Assembly (NCBI RefSeq): GCF_009914755.1 | Contig: NC_060938.1 | Source: the human T2T-CHM13v2.0 reference genome, Homo sapiens | Reading direction: 5' to 3' (one strand) | Length of the DNA stretch: 64,000 nt | In this document: positions 1 to 24,900 of the stretch, one piece after another | Numbering within the stretch: the stretch's first letter is position 1 | Layout of the letters: each line of letters opens with the position of its first letter | Made by a program: the position numbers and the translations under genes | The notes under the pieces: model-generated | The model's database searches: none | What the model was told of the DNA's origin: nothing | Seen by the model: the letters and a program-made list of their open reading frames with translations, nothing else

Positions 1-1909
1 ATTCTGAGAAACTACGTTGTGATGTGTGCATTCATCTCACAGAGTTGAACTTTTCTTTTGATTGAGCAGTTTTGAAACACTATTTTTGTAGAATCTGCAA
101 GGGAAATTTGAAGCGCTTAGAGGCCTATGTTTGAAAAGGAAATGTCTTCACATAAAAACTACATAGAATCATTCTGAGACCTTCTTAGTGATGTGTGCAT
201 TCATCTCCCAGAGTTGAAACTTTCTTTTGATGGACCAGTTTGGAAATACTTTTTTGTAGAGTGTGCAGGTGGACGTTTCGAGCGCCTTGAGGCCTATGGT
301 GGAAAATGAAATTTCTACACATAAAAACTAGACAGAAGAATTCTGAGAAACGTCTTTGTGATGTGTGTGTTCATCTCACAGAGTTGAAAATTTATTTTGA
401 TTGAGCAGTTTGGAAACACTCATTTTGTAGAATCTGCAGGTGGAGATTTGGAGCGCTTTGCGGCCTATGGTAGAAAAGGAAATATCTTCACATAAAATCT
501 AGACAGAAGCAATCTGAGAAACTTCTTTGTGATGAGTACATTCATCTCACAGAGTTAAACTTTACTTTAGATTGAGCAGTTTTGAAAATCTCTTTTTGCA
601 GAATCTGCAAGTGGACATTTGGAGCGCTTTGAGGCCTATGGTCTAAAAAGAAATACCTTTACATGAAAACAAGATAGAAGAATTCTGAGAAACTTCTTTG
701 TGATGTGTGCGTTCATCTCACAGAGTTGAACCTTTCTTTTGATTCAGCAGTTTGGAAAGACTCTTTTTGTAGACTCTGCACGTAGATATTAGGAGCACTT
801 TGTGGCCAATGTTAGAAAAGGAAATATCCTCACATAAAATCTAGACAGAAGCAATCTGAGAAAGTTCTTTGTGATGTGTGCATTCATAACACAGAGTTAA
901 ACCTTTCTTTTGATTGAACAGTTTTGAAACTCTCTTTTTGTAGAATCTGCAAATGGACATTTACAGTGCTTTGAGGCCTATTGTGGAAAAGGAAATATCT
1001 TCACATAAATACTAGACAGAACAATTCTGAGAAACTTCTTTGTGATGTGTGCATTACTTCACAGAGTTGCACTTTTCTTTTGATTGAGCAGTTTGGAAAC
1101 ACTCTATTTGTAGAATCTGCAAGTGGACATTTGGAGCACCTTGCGGCCATGTTAGAAAGGGAAGTATCTTCACATAAAATCTAGACAGAAGCAATCTGAG
1201 AAAGTTCTTTGTGATGTGTGCATTCATAACACAGAGGTAAACCTTTCTTTTGATTGAACAGTTTTGAAACTCTCTTTTTGTAGAATCTGCAAGTGAACAT
1301 TTGAAGAGCTTTGAGGACTATGGTGGAAAAGGAAATATCTTCACATAAAAACTAGACAGAAAAATTCTGAGAAACTTCCTTGTTATGTGTACATTCATCT
1401 CACCGAGTTGAATCTTTCTTTTGATACAGCAGTTTGGAAACACTCTTTTTATAGATTCTGCTAGCGGACATTTGAGCACTTTGCAGCATATGGCAGAAAA
1501 AGTAATATCTTCACATAAAATCTAGACAGAGACAACCTGAGAAACTTCTTTGTGATGTGTTCCTTCAACTCAAGGAGTTAAACATTTCTTTTGGTTGAGG
1601 AGTTTTGAAACTCTCTTTTTGTCGAATCTGCAAGTGAACATTTGGAGCGCTTTGGGGCACATGGTGGAAAAGGAAATATCTTCACATAAAAAATAGGCAG
1701 AAGAATTCTGAGAAACTTCTTTGTGATGTGTGCGTTCATTTCACAGAGTTGAATCTTTCCTTTGATTGAGCAGTTTGGAAACACTTTTTATAGAATCTAC
1801 TTTTGGACATTTGGAGCACCTTGCGGCCTATGGTAGAAAAGGAAATATCTTCACATAAAATCTAGACAAAAGCAATCTGAGAAACTTCTTTGTGATGTGT
1901 GCATTCATC
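1..1909 (+). repeat. Alpha satellite, diverged dimer-patterned layer
   Basis: Tandem ~171 bp units (ttctgagaaacttctttgtgatgtgtgcattcatctcacagagttgaac...ggacatttggagc...aaaactagacagaag). From ~340 onward, 'gaattctgag..gttgaac' and 'gcaatctgag..gttaaac' monomers alternate with a ~341 bp period. Confidence 0.97.
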
Positions 1910-1911
1910 CA

Positions 1912-9892
<7,981 letters not shown>

Positions 9893-12800
9893 TTCTGTCT
9901 AGATTTTATGCGAAGATATTTCCTTTTCTACCATAGACCGCATAGCTCTCCAAATGTGCACGTGCAGATTCTACAAAAAGAGTGTTTCCAAACTGCTCAA
10001 TCAAAAGAAAGGTTTAACTCTGTGAGATGAATGCACACATCACAAAGAAGTTTCTCAGAATTCTTCTATCTAGTTTTTAAGTGATGATATTTCCTTTTGC
10101 ACCATGGGCCTCAAAGCGCTCCAATTGTCCACTTGAAGATTCTACAAAAAGAGAGTTTCAAAACTGAGCAATCAAAAGAAAGGTGTAACTCTGTGATGAA
10201 TGTACACATCACAAGTAAGTTTCTCACATTGCTTCTGTCTAGATTGTATGTGAAGTTATTTACTTTTCTATCATAAGACACAAAGTGCTCTAATTGTCCA
10301 CCTGTAGATTCTACAAAAAGAGTATTTCCAAACTGCTCAATCAAAAGAAAGACTCAACTCTGTGAGATGAACTCACACATCACAAAGAAGTTTCTTAGAA
10401 TTCTTCTGTTTAGTTTTTATGTGATGGTATTTCCTTTTCCAACATAGGATTCAGAGTGCTCCAAACGTCCACCTGCAGATTCTACAAAAAGAGAGTTTCT
10501 AAAGTGCTCAATCAAAAGAAAGGTTTAACTCTGTGAGATGAATGCACACATTACAAAGAAGTTTCTCAGATTGTTTCGGTCTAGATTTTATGTGAAAATA
10601 TTTCCTTTTCTATCATAGGCCACAAAGCACTCCAAATGTCCACTTGCCGATTCTACATAAAGAGTGTTTCCAAACTGCTGAATCAAAAGAAAGGTTCAAT
10701 TCTGTGAGATGAATGCACACATCAAAAAGCAGTTTCTCAGAATTCTTCTTTCTAGCTTTTATGTGAAGATATTTCCTTTTTAAACATAGGCCTCAAGGCG
10801 CCCGAAATGTCCACTTGCACATTCTATAAAAAGAGTATTTCAAAACTGGTCCTTTGAAAGAATGTTTCAGCTCTGGGAGATGAATACACATATCACAAAG
10901 AAGTTTGTCAGAATGCTTCTATCAAGTTTTTATGTAAGGCCTCTTTTCCAACAGAGGCCTTAAAGCCCTCCAAATATCCACTTGCAGATTGTACGAAAAG
11001 AGAGTTTCAGAACTCCTCAATCAAAAGAAAGGTTTAATTCTCTGAGGTGAATGCACAAATCACAAAGAAGTTTCTCTGATTGCTTATGTCTAGATTTGAT
11101 TTGAAGATAGTCCTTTTACTACCATAGGTGGCAAAGAGCTCCAAATGTCCACTTGCAGATTCTACAAAAAGAGGGTTTCCAAACTTCTCAATCTAAAGAA
11201 TGGTTCAACTCTGTGGGATGAACACACACATCACATAGAAGTCGCTCAGAATACTTCTTTTTAGTTTTGTTGTGAAGATATTTCATTTTCCACAATAGGC
11301 CTCAAGGCACTCCAAATGACCAATTGCAAGTTATACAGAAAGATTATTACAAAACTGGTCCATCAATAGAAATGTTCAACTCTGGGAAATGAATACACAC
11401 ATCACCAAGAGGTTGTTCAGAATGCTTCTATCTAGTTTTTATGTGAATATATTTTCCTTTGCACCATAGGCCTCGAGGAGCTCCAAATGTCCACATGCAG
11501 ATTTTATAAAAAGAGAGTTTTAAAACTGCTCAATCAAAAGAAATGTTTAACTCTGTGAGATGAATGCACACAACAGAAAAAGCTTCCTCAGATTGTTTCT
11601 GTCTAGATTTTATATGAAGATAATTCCTTTTCTACCATAGGCCTCAAAGCGCTCCATATGTTCACTTGCAGATTCTACAAAAAGAGTGTTTCCCGTCTGC
11701 TCAATCAAAAGAAAGGTTCAACTCTGTCAGATGAACGCTGGCATCACAAAGAATTTTCTCAGAATTCTTCTGTCTACTTTTTATGTGAAGATATTTCCTT
11801 TTCTTCCATAGGCCTAAAAGCACTCCAAATGTCAACTTGCAGATTCTACAAAAAGAGAATTTCGAAACTGCTCAATGAAAGGAAAAGTTTCACTCTGTGA
11901 CAAGAATGCACACATCAAAAAGAATATTCTCAGACTACTTCTGTCTAGATTTTATGCGAAGATATTTCCTTTTCTACCATAGACCGCATAGCTCTCCAAA
12001 TGTGCACGTGCAGATTCTACAAAAAGAGTGTTTCCAAACTGCTCAATCAAAAGAAAGGTTTAACTCTGTGAGATGAATGCACACATCACAAAGAAGTTTC
12101 TCAGAATTCTTCTATCTAGTTTTTAAGTGATGATATTTCCTTTTGCACCATGGGCCTCAAAGCGCTCCAATTGTCCACTTGAAGATTCTACAAAAAGAGA
12201 GTTTCAAAACTGAGCAATCAAAAGAAAGGTGTAACTCTGTGATGAATGTACACATCACAAGTAAGTTTCTCACATTGCTTCTGTCTAGATTGTATGTGAA
12301 GTTATTTACTTTTCTACCATAGGACACAAAGTGCTCTAATTGTCCACCTGTAGATTCTACAAAAAGAGTATTTCCAAACTGCTCAATCAAAAGAAAGACT
12401 CAACTCTGTGAGATGAACTCACACATCACAAAGAAGTTTCTTAGAATTCTTCTGTTTAGTTTTTATGTGATGGTATTTCCTTTTCCAACATAGGATTCAG
12501 AGTGCTCCAAACGTCCACCTGCAGATTCTACAAAAAGAGAGTTTCTAAAGTGCTCAATCAAAAGAAAGGTTTAACTCTGTGAGTTGAAGCACACATCACA
12601 GAAAGTTTCTCAGATTACTTCTGTCTAGACTTTATGTGAAGTTATTTCCTTTTCTACCATAGAACCCGAAGCACTTATAATGTCCCCTTGCAGATTCTAC
12701 AAAAAGAATGTTTCAAAACTGCTCAATCAAAAGAAAGGTTCAACTCTGTGAGATGAATGCACGCATCACCAAGAAGTTTCTTAAAATACTTCTGTCTAGT

Positions 12801-15800
12801 TTTTATGAGAAGACATTTCCTTTTCCACCATAGGTCTCAAAGTGATCAAAATTTCCACTTGCAAAATCTACAAAAAGAGAGTTTCAAAACTGCTCAATCA
12901 AAAGAAGGTTTATCTCTGTGATATGAATACACACTTCATGAAGAAGTTTCTAAGATTTCTTCTGTCTAGATTTTTTGTGATGATATTTCCTTTTCTACCA
13001 TATGTTGCAAACTGCTCCAGATGTCCACCTGTAGATTCTACAAAAAGAGTGCTTCCAAACTGCTCAATCAAAAGAAAGGTTAACTCTGTGAGATGAACGC
13101 ACACATCACAAAGAAGTTTCTCAGAATTCTTCTGTCTAGTTCTAACGTGAAGATATTTCCTTTTGGACCAGAGGCCTCAAGGCGATCGAAATGTCCCCTT
13201 GCAGTTTCTACAAAAAGAGTATTTCAAAACTGGTCCATCAAGAGAAAGGTTCAACTCTGGGAGATGAATGCACACATCACAAAGAAGTTTCTCAGAATGC
13301 TTCTATCTAGTTTTTACGTGAAGATATTTCCTTTTCCACCATAAGCCTCAAAGCACTCCAAATTTCCACTTGCAGGTTCTGCAAAAAGAGAGTTTCCAAA
13401 GTGCTCAATCAAAAGAAACGGTTAACTCTGTGAGATAAATGCACACATCACAAAGAAGTTTCTCAGAATTTTTCTGTCTAGTTTTTGTGTGAAGATATTT
13501 CATTTTCCACCATAGGTGTCAAGGTGCTTGAAAGGTCCACTTTCAGATTCCACAAAAAGTTTATTTCAAAACTGCTTAATCAAAAGAAAGTTTTAACTCT
13601 GTCAGATGAATGCACAAATTACAAATAAGTTTCTCAGAATTCTTCTGTCTAGTTTTTATGTGAAGATATTTCCGTTTCAACCATAGGCCTCAAAGGGCTC
13701 CAAATGTCCACTTGCAGATTGTATAAAAAGAGATTTTGAAAACTCCTCAATCAAAAGAAAGGTTTAACTCTGTGAGATGAAGGCACACATTGCAAAAGGT
13801 TTCTCAGATTGTTTCTGTCTAGATTTTATGTGAAGGTATTTCCTTTTCTACCATAGGCCACAAAGGGCTCCAAATGTCCACTTCCAGATTCTACAAAAGC
13901 AGTGTTTCCTAACTGCTCAATCAGTAGAAAGGTTCAACTCTGTGAGGTAAACACATGCATCATGAAAAAGTTTCTCAGAATGCTTCTGTTTAGTTTTTAT
14001 GTGAAGATATTTCATTTTCCACCATAGGCCTCAAAGAGCTCCAAATACCAACTTGCAGATTCTACAAAAAGAGAGTTTCAAAACTGCTCAAGCAAAAGAA
14101 AAGTTTAACACTGTGAGATGAAAGCACACATCACAAAGAAGTTTCTCAGATGGCTTCTGTCCAGATTTTATGTCCAGATATTTCCAGTTCTACCACAGTC
14201 TTCAAATCACTCCAAACGTCCACTTGTGGATTCTACAAAAAGAGTGCTTTCAAACTGCATAATCAAAGGAAAGCTTCAGCTCTGTGAGATGAATGCACAC
14301 CTCACAAAGAAGTTTTACAAAATTCTTCTGTCTGGTTTTTATGTGAAGATGCTTCCTCCTCCGCCATAGGCCTCAAGCGCTACAAATGTCCACTTGCAGA
14401 TTCTACAAAAAGAGAGTTTCAAAACTGCTCAATCAAAAGAAATGTTTAATTCTGTGAGATGAATGCACACATCACAAAGAAGTTTCTCAGATTTCTTCTG
14501 TCTAGATTTTATGTGAAGATAATTCCTTTTCCACCATAGGCTGCAAAGCTCTCCAAATGTCCACTTTCAGATTCTGCAAAAAGAGTGTTTCCAAACTGCT
14601 CAATCAAAAGAAAGGTTCAACTCTGTGAGATGAATACACACATCACAAAGAAGTTTTTCAGAATTCTTCTGTCTAGTTTTTATGTGAAGATAGTTCATTT
14701 TCCACCGTAGGCCTCAAAGCACTACAAGTGTCCATTTGCAGAATCTACAAAAAGACTGTTCCAAAACTGCTCAAACTAAAGAAAGGTTTAACTCTGTGAG
14801 ATGAATGCACACATCACAAAGAAGTTTCTCAGATTGCTTCTTGTAGATTATATGTGAAGTTAATTCCTTTTCACCACAGGCCACAAAGCACTCAAAAAGT
14901 CCACTTGCAGTTAATACAAGAGAGTTTCAAAACTGCTCAATCAAAAGAAAGGTTTAACTCTGTGAGATGAATGCACACATCACAAAGAAATTTCCAAGAT
15001 TGCTTCTGTCTATATTTTATGTGAAGATATTTCCTTTTCTACCATAGGCCTTAAAGTGCTCCAAATGTCCACTTGCAGATTCTACAAAAAGAGGGTTTCC
15101 ACACTGCTAAATCAAAAGTAAGGTTCAACTCTGTGAGATGAGTGCACACATCACAAAGAAGTTTCTCAGAATGCTTCTTTCTCTTTATTGTACGAAGATA
15201 TTTCGTTATCCACCATAGGCCTCAAAGCGCTCCAAATGTCCACTTGCAGATTCTACAAAGAGAGTGTTTCAAAACTGCTCAATCAAAAGTAACGTTCAAC
15301 TCTGTGAGATGAATGCACACATCACAAAGGTGTTTGTCAGAATGTGTCTGTCTAGATTTTATGTGAAGATATTTCCTTTTCTACCATAGGCCTCAAAGTG
15401 CTAGAAATGTCCACTTGCAGACTCCAGTAAAAGAGGTTTTCAAACCTGCTCAATCAAAATAAATGTTCAACTCTCTGAGATGAATGCACACATCACAAAG
15501 AAGTTTGTCAGAATGCTTCTGTCTAGTTCTTATGTGACGATATTTCCTTTTCCACCAAAGGCGTCAAAGCACTCCAAATGTCCAATCACAGATTTTACCA
15601 AAAGGGGGCTTCAAAACTGCTAAATCAAAAGTAAGGTTCAACTCTGTAGGATGAATGCACATATCACAAAGAAGGTTGTCAGAATGCTTCTGTCTAGTGT
15701 TTATGTGAAGATATTTCCTTTTTACCATAGGCCTAAAAGTGCTCAAAATGTCCACTTGCAGATTTTACAAAAAGAGTGCTTCCAAACTGCTAAATCAAAA

Positions 15801-15954
15801 GAAAGGTTCAACTCTGTGGGATGAATGCACACATCACAAAGAAGTTTCTTAGAATGCTTCTGTCTAGTTATTATATGAATATATTTTGTTATCCACCATA
15901 GGCCTCAAAGCTCTCCAAATGTCCACTTGCAGATTCTACAAAGAGAGTGTTCCA
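9893..15954 (-). repeat. Alpha satellite, reverse orientation, continuation of the dimer-patterned layer
   Basis: Monomer phase continues across the Alu TSD. The alternation fades in the last ~0.9 kb (15.1-15.95 kb). Confidence 0.97.
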
Positions 15955-16860
15955 GGAGAGGAACCAAGATGGCCGAATAAGAACAGCTCCGGACTACAGC
16001 ACCCTGTGTGAGCAACGCAGAAGACGGGTGATTTCTGCATTTCCATCTGAGGTACCGGGTTCATCTCACTAGTGAGTGCCAGACAGTGGGAGCAGGTCAG
16101 TGGGTGTGCGCACTGTGCAGGAGCCAAAGCAGGGTGAAGCATTGCCTCACTCGGGAAGGACTAGGGGTCAGGGAGTTCTCTTTCCTAGTCAAAGAAATGG
16201 GTGACAGACGGCACCGAGAATTCAGGTCACTCCCACCCGAATACTGCGCTTTTCCCATGGGGTTAAAAAATGCCACACGAAGAGATTATATCCCGCACCT
16301 GGCTCGGAGGGTCCTATGCCTACGGAGTCTCACTGATTGCTAGCACAGCTGTCTGAGATCAAACTGCAAGGAGGCAGTGAGGCTAGGGGAGGGGCGCCCG
16401 CCATTGCCCAGGCTTGCTTAGGTAAACAAAGCAGCTGGGAAGCTCGAACTGGGTGGAATCCACCTCGGCTCAAGGAGGCCTGCCTGCCTCTGTAGGTTCC
16501 ACCTCTGGGGGCAGGACACAGACAAACAAAAAGACAGCAGTAACCTCTGCAGACTTAAATGTCCCTGTCTGACAGCTTTGAAGACAGCAGTGGTTCTCCC
16601 AGCACGCAGCTGGAGATCTAAGCATGGGCAGACTGCCTCCTCTACTGGGGCCCTGACCCCTGACCCCTGAGCAGCCTAACTGGGAGGCACCCACCCAGCA
16701 GGGGCAGACTGACACCTCACATGGCCAGGTACTCCAACAGACGTGCAGCTGAGGGTCCTGTTTGTTAGAAGGAAAACTAACAAACAGAAAGGACACCCAC
16801 AGCAAAAACCCATCAGTACCTCACCATCATCAAAGACCAAAAGTAGATAAAACCACAAAG
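15955..16860 (+). promoter_or_regulatory. L1 5'UTR internal sense/antisense promoter with intact YY1 motif
   Basis: CAAGATGGCCG at 15965-15975. Many CpGs have decayed to TG/CA. Activity cannot be inferred from sequence. Confidence 0.8.
16330..16404 (-). pseudogene. L1 ORF0 remnant, truncated
   Basis: The minus strand reads MAGAPPLASLPPCSLISDSCASNQ then TGA, a CGA>TGA change at codon 25 of ORF0. Confidence 0.8.
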
Positions 16861-17878
16861 ATGGGGAAAAAACAGAGCAGAAAAACTGGAAACTCTAAAA
16901 AGCAGAGCGCCTATCCTCCTCCAAAGGAACGCAGTTCCTCACCAGCAACGGAACAAAGCTGGATGGAGAATGACTTTGACTAGCTAAGAGAAGAAGGCTT
17001 CAGATGATCAAATTACTCTGAGCTACAGGAGGACATTCAAACCAAAGACAAACAAGTTGAAAACGTTGAAAAAAATACAGAAGGTTGTATAACTAGAATA
17101 ACCAACACAGAGAAGTGCTTAAAGGAGCTGATGGAGCTGAAAGCCAAGGCTCGAGAAGTACATGAAGAATGCAGAAGCCTTAGGAGCTGATGTGATCAAC
17201 TGGAAGAAAGGGTATCAGCAATGGAAGATGAAGTGGATGAAATGAAGCAAGAAAGGAAATTTAGAGAAAAAAGAATAAAAAAGAAATGAACAAAGCCTCC
17301 AAGAAATATGGGACTATGTGAAAAGACCAAATCTACGTCTGATTGTTGTACCTGAAAGTGACGGGTAGGATGGAACCAAGTTGGAAAACACTCTGCAAGA
17401 TATTATCCAGGAGAACTTCCCCAATCTAGCAAGGCAGGCCAACATTCAGATTCAGAAAATACAGAGAATGCCACAAAGATACTCCTTGAGAAGAGCAACT
17501 CCAAGACACATAATTGTCAGATTCACCAAAGTTGAAATGAAGGAAAAAATGTTAAGGGCAGCCAAAGAGAAAGGTCGGGTTACCCTCAAAGGAAAGCCCA
17601 TCAGACTAAGAGCAGATCCCTCAGCAGAAACTCAATAAGCCAGAAGAGAGTGGGGGCCAATATTCAACATTCTTAAAGAAAAGAATTTTCAACCCAGAAT
17701 TTCATATCCAGCCAAACTAAGCTTCATAAGCAAACGAAAAATAAAATACTTTACAGACAAGCAAATGCTGAGAGATTTTGTCACCACCAGGTCTGCCCTA
17801 AAAGAGCTCCTGAAGGAAGCACTAAATATGGAGAGGAAAAACCGATACCAGCCACGGCAAAATCATGCCAAAATGTAA
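16861..17878 (+). pseudogene. L1 ORF1p, disrupted
   Basis: Starts MGKKQSRKTGNSK at 16861 with a premature TAG at 16981. Later fragment ENTLQDIIQENFPNLARQAN...RHIIVRFTKVEMKEK. Ends atgtaa at 17878. Confidence 0.95.
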
Positions 17879-17941
17879 AGACCATCATGACTAGGAAGAA
17901 CCTGCACCAACTAACAAGCAAAATAACCAGCTAACATCATA

Positions 17942-21766
<3,825 letters not shown>

Positions 21767-21994
21767 GCAATGAGAACACATGGACACAGGAAGGGGAACA
21801 TCACACTCTGGGGACGGATGTGGGGTAGGAGGAGGGGGGAGTGATAGCATTAGGAGATATACCTAATGCTAAGTGACGAGACAATGGGCTCAGCACACCA
21901 ACATGGCACATGTACACATATGTAACAAACCTGCACAATGTGCACATGTACCCTAAAACTTAAAGTATAATAATAAAATAAAATAAATTAAAAC

Positions 21995-24900
21995 AAAAAC
22001 TATACAGCAGTACTCTGAGAAACTTCCTTGCAATGTGTGCACTCAACTCTCGCAGTTGAACATATCTTTGGATTGAACGGTTTTGAAAATATCTTTTTGT
22101 AGAACCTGGAATTGGATATATGGAGCCCTTTGCAGCCTATGGTGCAAAAGGAAACATCTTCACATAAAAATTACACAGAAGTGTTCTGAGAAATTTCTTG
22201 GTGATGTGTGCATTCATCTCACAGAGTTGAACATTTCTTTTGATTGTACAGCTTGAAACACTGTTTTTGTAGAATCTGCAAGTGGATATTTGGAGCGCTA
22301 TGTGGCTTATTGTGGAAAAGGAAATATCTTCACATAAAAACTTCACAGAAGCATTCTGAGAAACTTCTTTGTAATGTGTGTATTCAACTCAAAGGGTGGA
22401 ACCTGTCTTTTGAGAGAACAATTTTGAAACTCTTTTTGTAGAATCTGCAAGTGGATATATGTAGCCCTTTGCGGCCTACAGTGTAAAAGGAAATGTCTTC
22501 ACAAAAAAACTACACAGAAGCATTCTGAGAAACTTCTTTGTGAAGGGTGCATTCATCTCACAGACTTCAACCTTTCTTTTGATTGACCAGTTTGGAAACT
22601 TTTTTTGTAGAATGTGCAAGTGGATATTTGGAACGCTTTGGGGACTATTGTGGAAAAGGAAATATCTTTACATAAAATCTACACAGAAGCATTCTGAGAA
22701 GTTTCTTTGTGATGTGTGCATTCATCTTACAGAGTTGAAACTTTCTTTTGTTTGAGCAGTTTGGAGACACTCTTTTTGTAGAAGCTGCCAGTGGATATTT
22801 GGAGCCGTTTGAGGCTTATGGTGGAAAAGGAAATATCTTCAGATAAACACTAAACAGAATCATTCTGAAACACTGCTTTGTGAAATGTGAATCCATCTCA
22901 CAGAGTTGAACCTTACTTTTGATTGAGCAGTTTTGAAACGCTCTTTTTGTGGAATGTGAAAGTGGATATTTGGAGTGCTTTGAGGTCTATGGTGGAAAAA
23001 CTACAAAGAAGGATTCTGAGAAACTTCTTTGTGATGTGTGCATTCAACTCACAGATTTGAACATATCTGTGGATTGAGCAGCTTTGAAACTGCCTTTTTG
23101 TGCAATCTGCAATTGGATATTTTGAGCCCTTTGCGGCCTATGTTGGAAAAGGAAAATCTTCAGATAAAAACTACACAGAAGCATTCTGAGAAACTTCTTT
23201 GTGATGTGTACATTCACCTCACAGAGTAGAACCTTTCTTTTGATTGAGCAGTTATGAAATACACTTTTTGTAGAATGTTCAAGTGGATATTTGGAGGGCT
23301 TTGAGGCCTATTGTGGAAAAGTTAATATCTACAAATAAAAACTACTCAGAATCATTCTGAGAAACTACTTTGTGATCTGCGAATTCATCTGAAAGACTTC
23401 AAAATTTCTTTTGTTTGGGCAGTATGGAAACACTCTTTTTATAGAATCTGCAAGTGAATATTTGGAGAGATTTGAGGCCTATGGCAGAAATGGAAATATC
23501 TTTACATAAAAACTACACAAAAGCATTCTGCAAAACTTCTTTGTGATGCATGCATTCAACTCACAGAGCTAAACCTAACTTTTGATTGACCAGTTTTGAA
23601 ACTCTCTTTTGTAGAATCTGCAAGTGGATATTTGGAGTGCTTTGAGGCCTACTGTGGAAAAGGGAATATACTGACATAAAAACTACACAGAAGCATTATG
23701 AGAAACTTCTTTGTGATGTGTGCATTCATCTCACAGAGTTGAATATTTCTTTTGATTGTGCAACTTGGAAACACTGTTTTTGTAGAATCTGCAAATGGAT
23801 ATTTGGAGCACTATGTGGTCTATTGTGGAAAAGGAAATATCTTCACATAAAAACTTCACCAAGGCATTCTGAGAAACTTCTTTGTTATGTGTGTATTCAA
23901 CTCACAGAGTTGAACCTATCTTTTGATACAGCAGTTTTGAAACTCTCTTTTTATAGAATCTGCAAATGGATATTTGGAGCCCTTTGCAGCTTATGGTGTA
24001 AAAGGAAATATCCTCAAATAAAAACTATGCAGAAGCATCCTGAGAAACTACTTTGTGATGTGTGCATTCATCTCACAGAGTTGAACTTTTCTTTTGATTG
24101 TGCAGTTTGGAAACACTCTTTTTGTAGAATCTGCAGGTGGATATTTGGAGGGTTTTGAGTCCTATGGTGGTAAATGAAATGTCGTCACGTGAAAAATACA
24201 CAGAGGCATTCTGAGAAAATTCTTTGTGACGTGTGGATCCACCTCCCAGAGTTGAACCTATCGTTTGATTAAGAAGTTTTGAAACTCTATTTTGTAGAAC
24301 CTGCAAGTGGATATTTGGAGCCATTTGCGGCCTATGGTGTAAAAGGAAATATCTTCACTTTAAAACTACACAGAAACATTCTGAGACACTTCTTTGTGAC
24401 ATGTGCATTTATCTCACAGAGTTGAACCTTTCTTTTGATTGAGCAGTTTGGAAACACTCTTTTTGTAGAATCTTCAAGTGGATATTTGGAGTGCTTTAAG
24501 GCCTATTGTGAAAAAGGAAATATCTTCACATAAAAACTACGCAGAAACATTCTGAGTAACTTCTTTGTGATGTGTGCATTCATCTGACAGAGTTGAACCT
24601 CTCTTTAGATTGAACAGTTTGGACTCTCTTTTTGTAGAATCTGCAATTTAATATTTGGAGCACTTTGAGGCCTACGGTGGAAAAGGAAATATCTTCACAT
24701 AAAAACTACACAAAACTATTGTGAGAAACTTCTTTGTGGTGTGTGCATTCAACTCACAGGGTTGAACTTATCTTTTGGTTGACCAGTTTTGAAACTCTTT
24801 TTTTGTAGAATCTGCAAGTGGATATTAGGAAACCCTTGTGGCCTATGGTGGAAAAGGTAATATCTTCACATAAAAAGTACACAGAAGCATTCTGAGAAAC

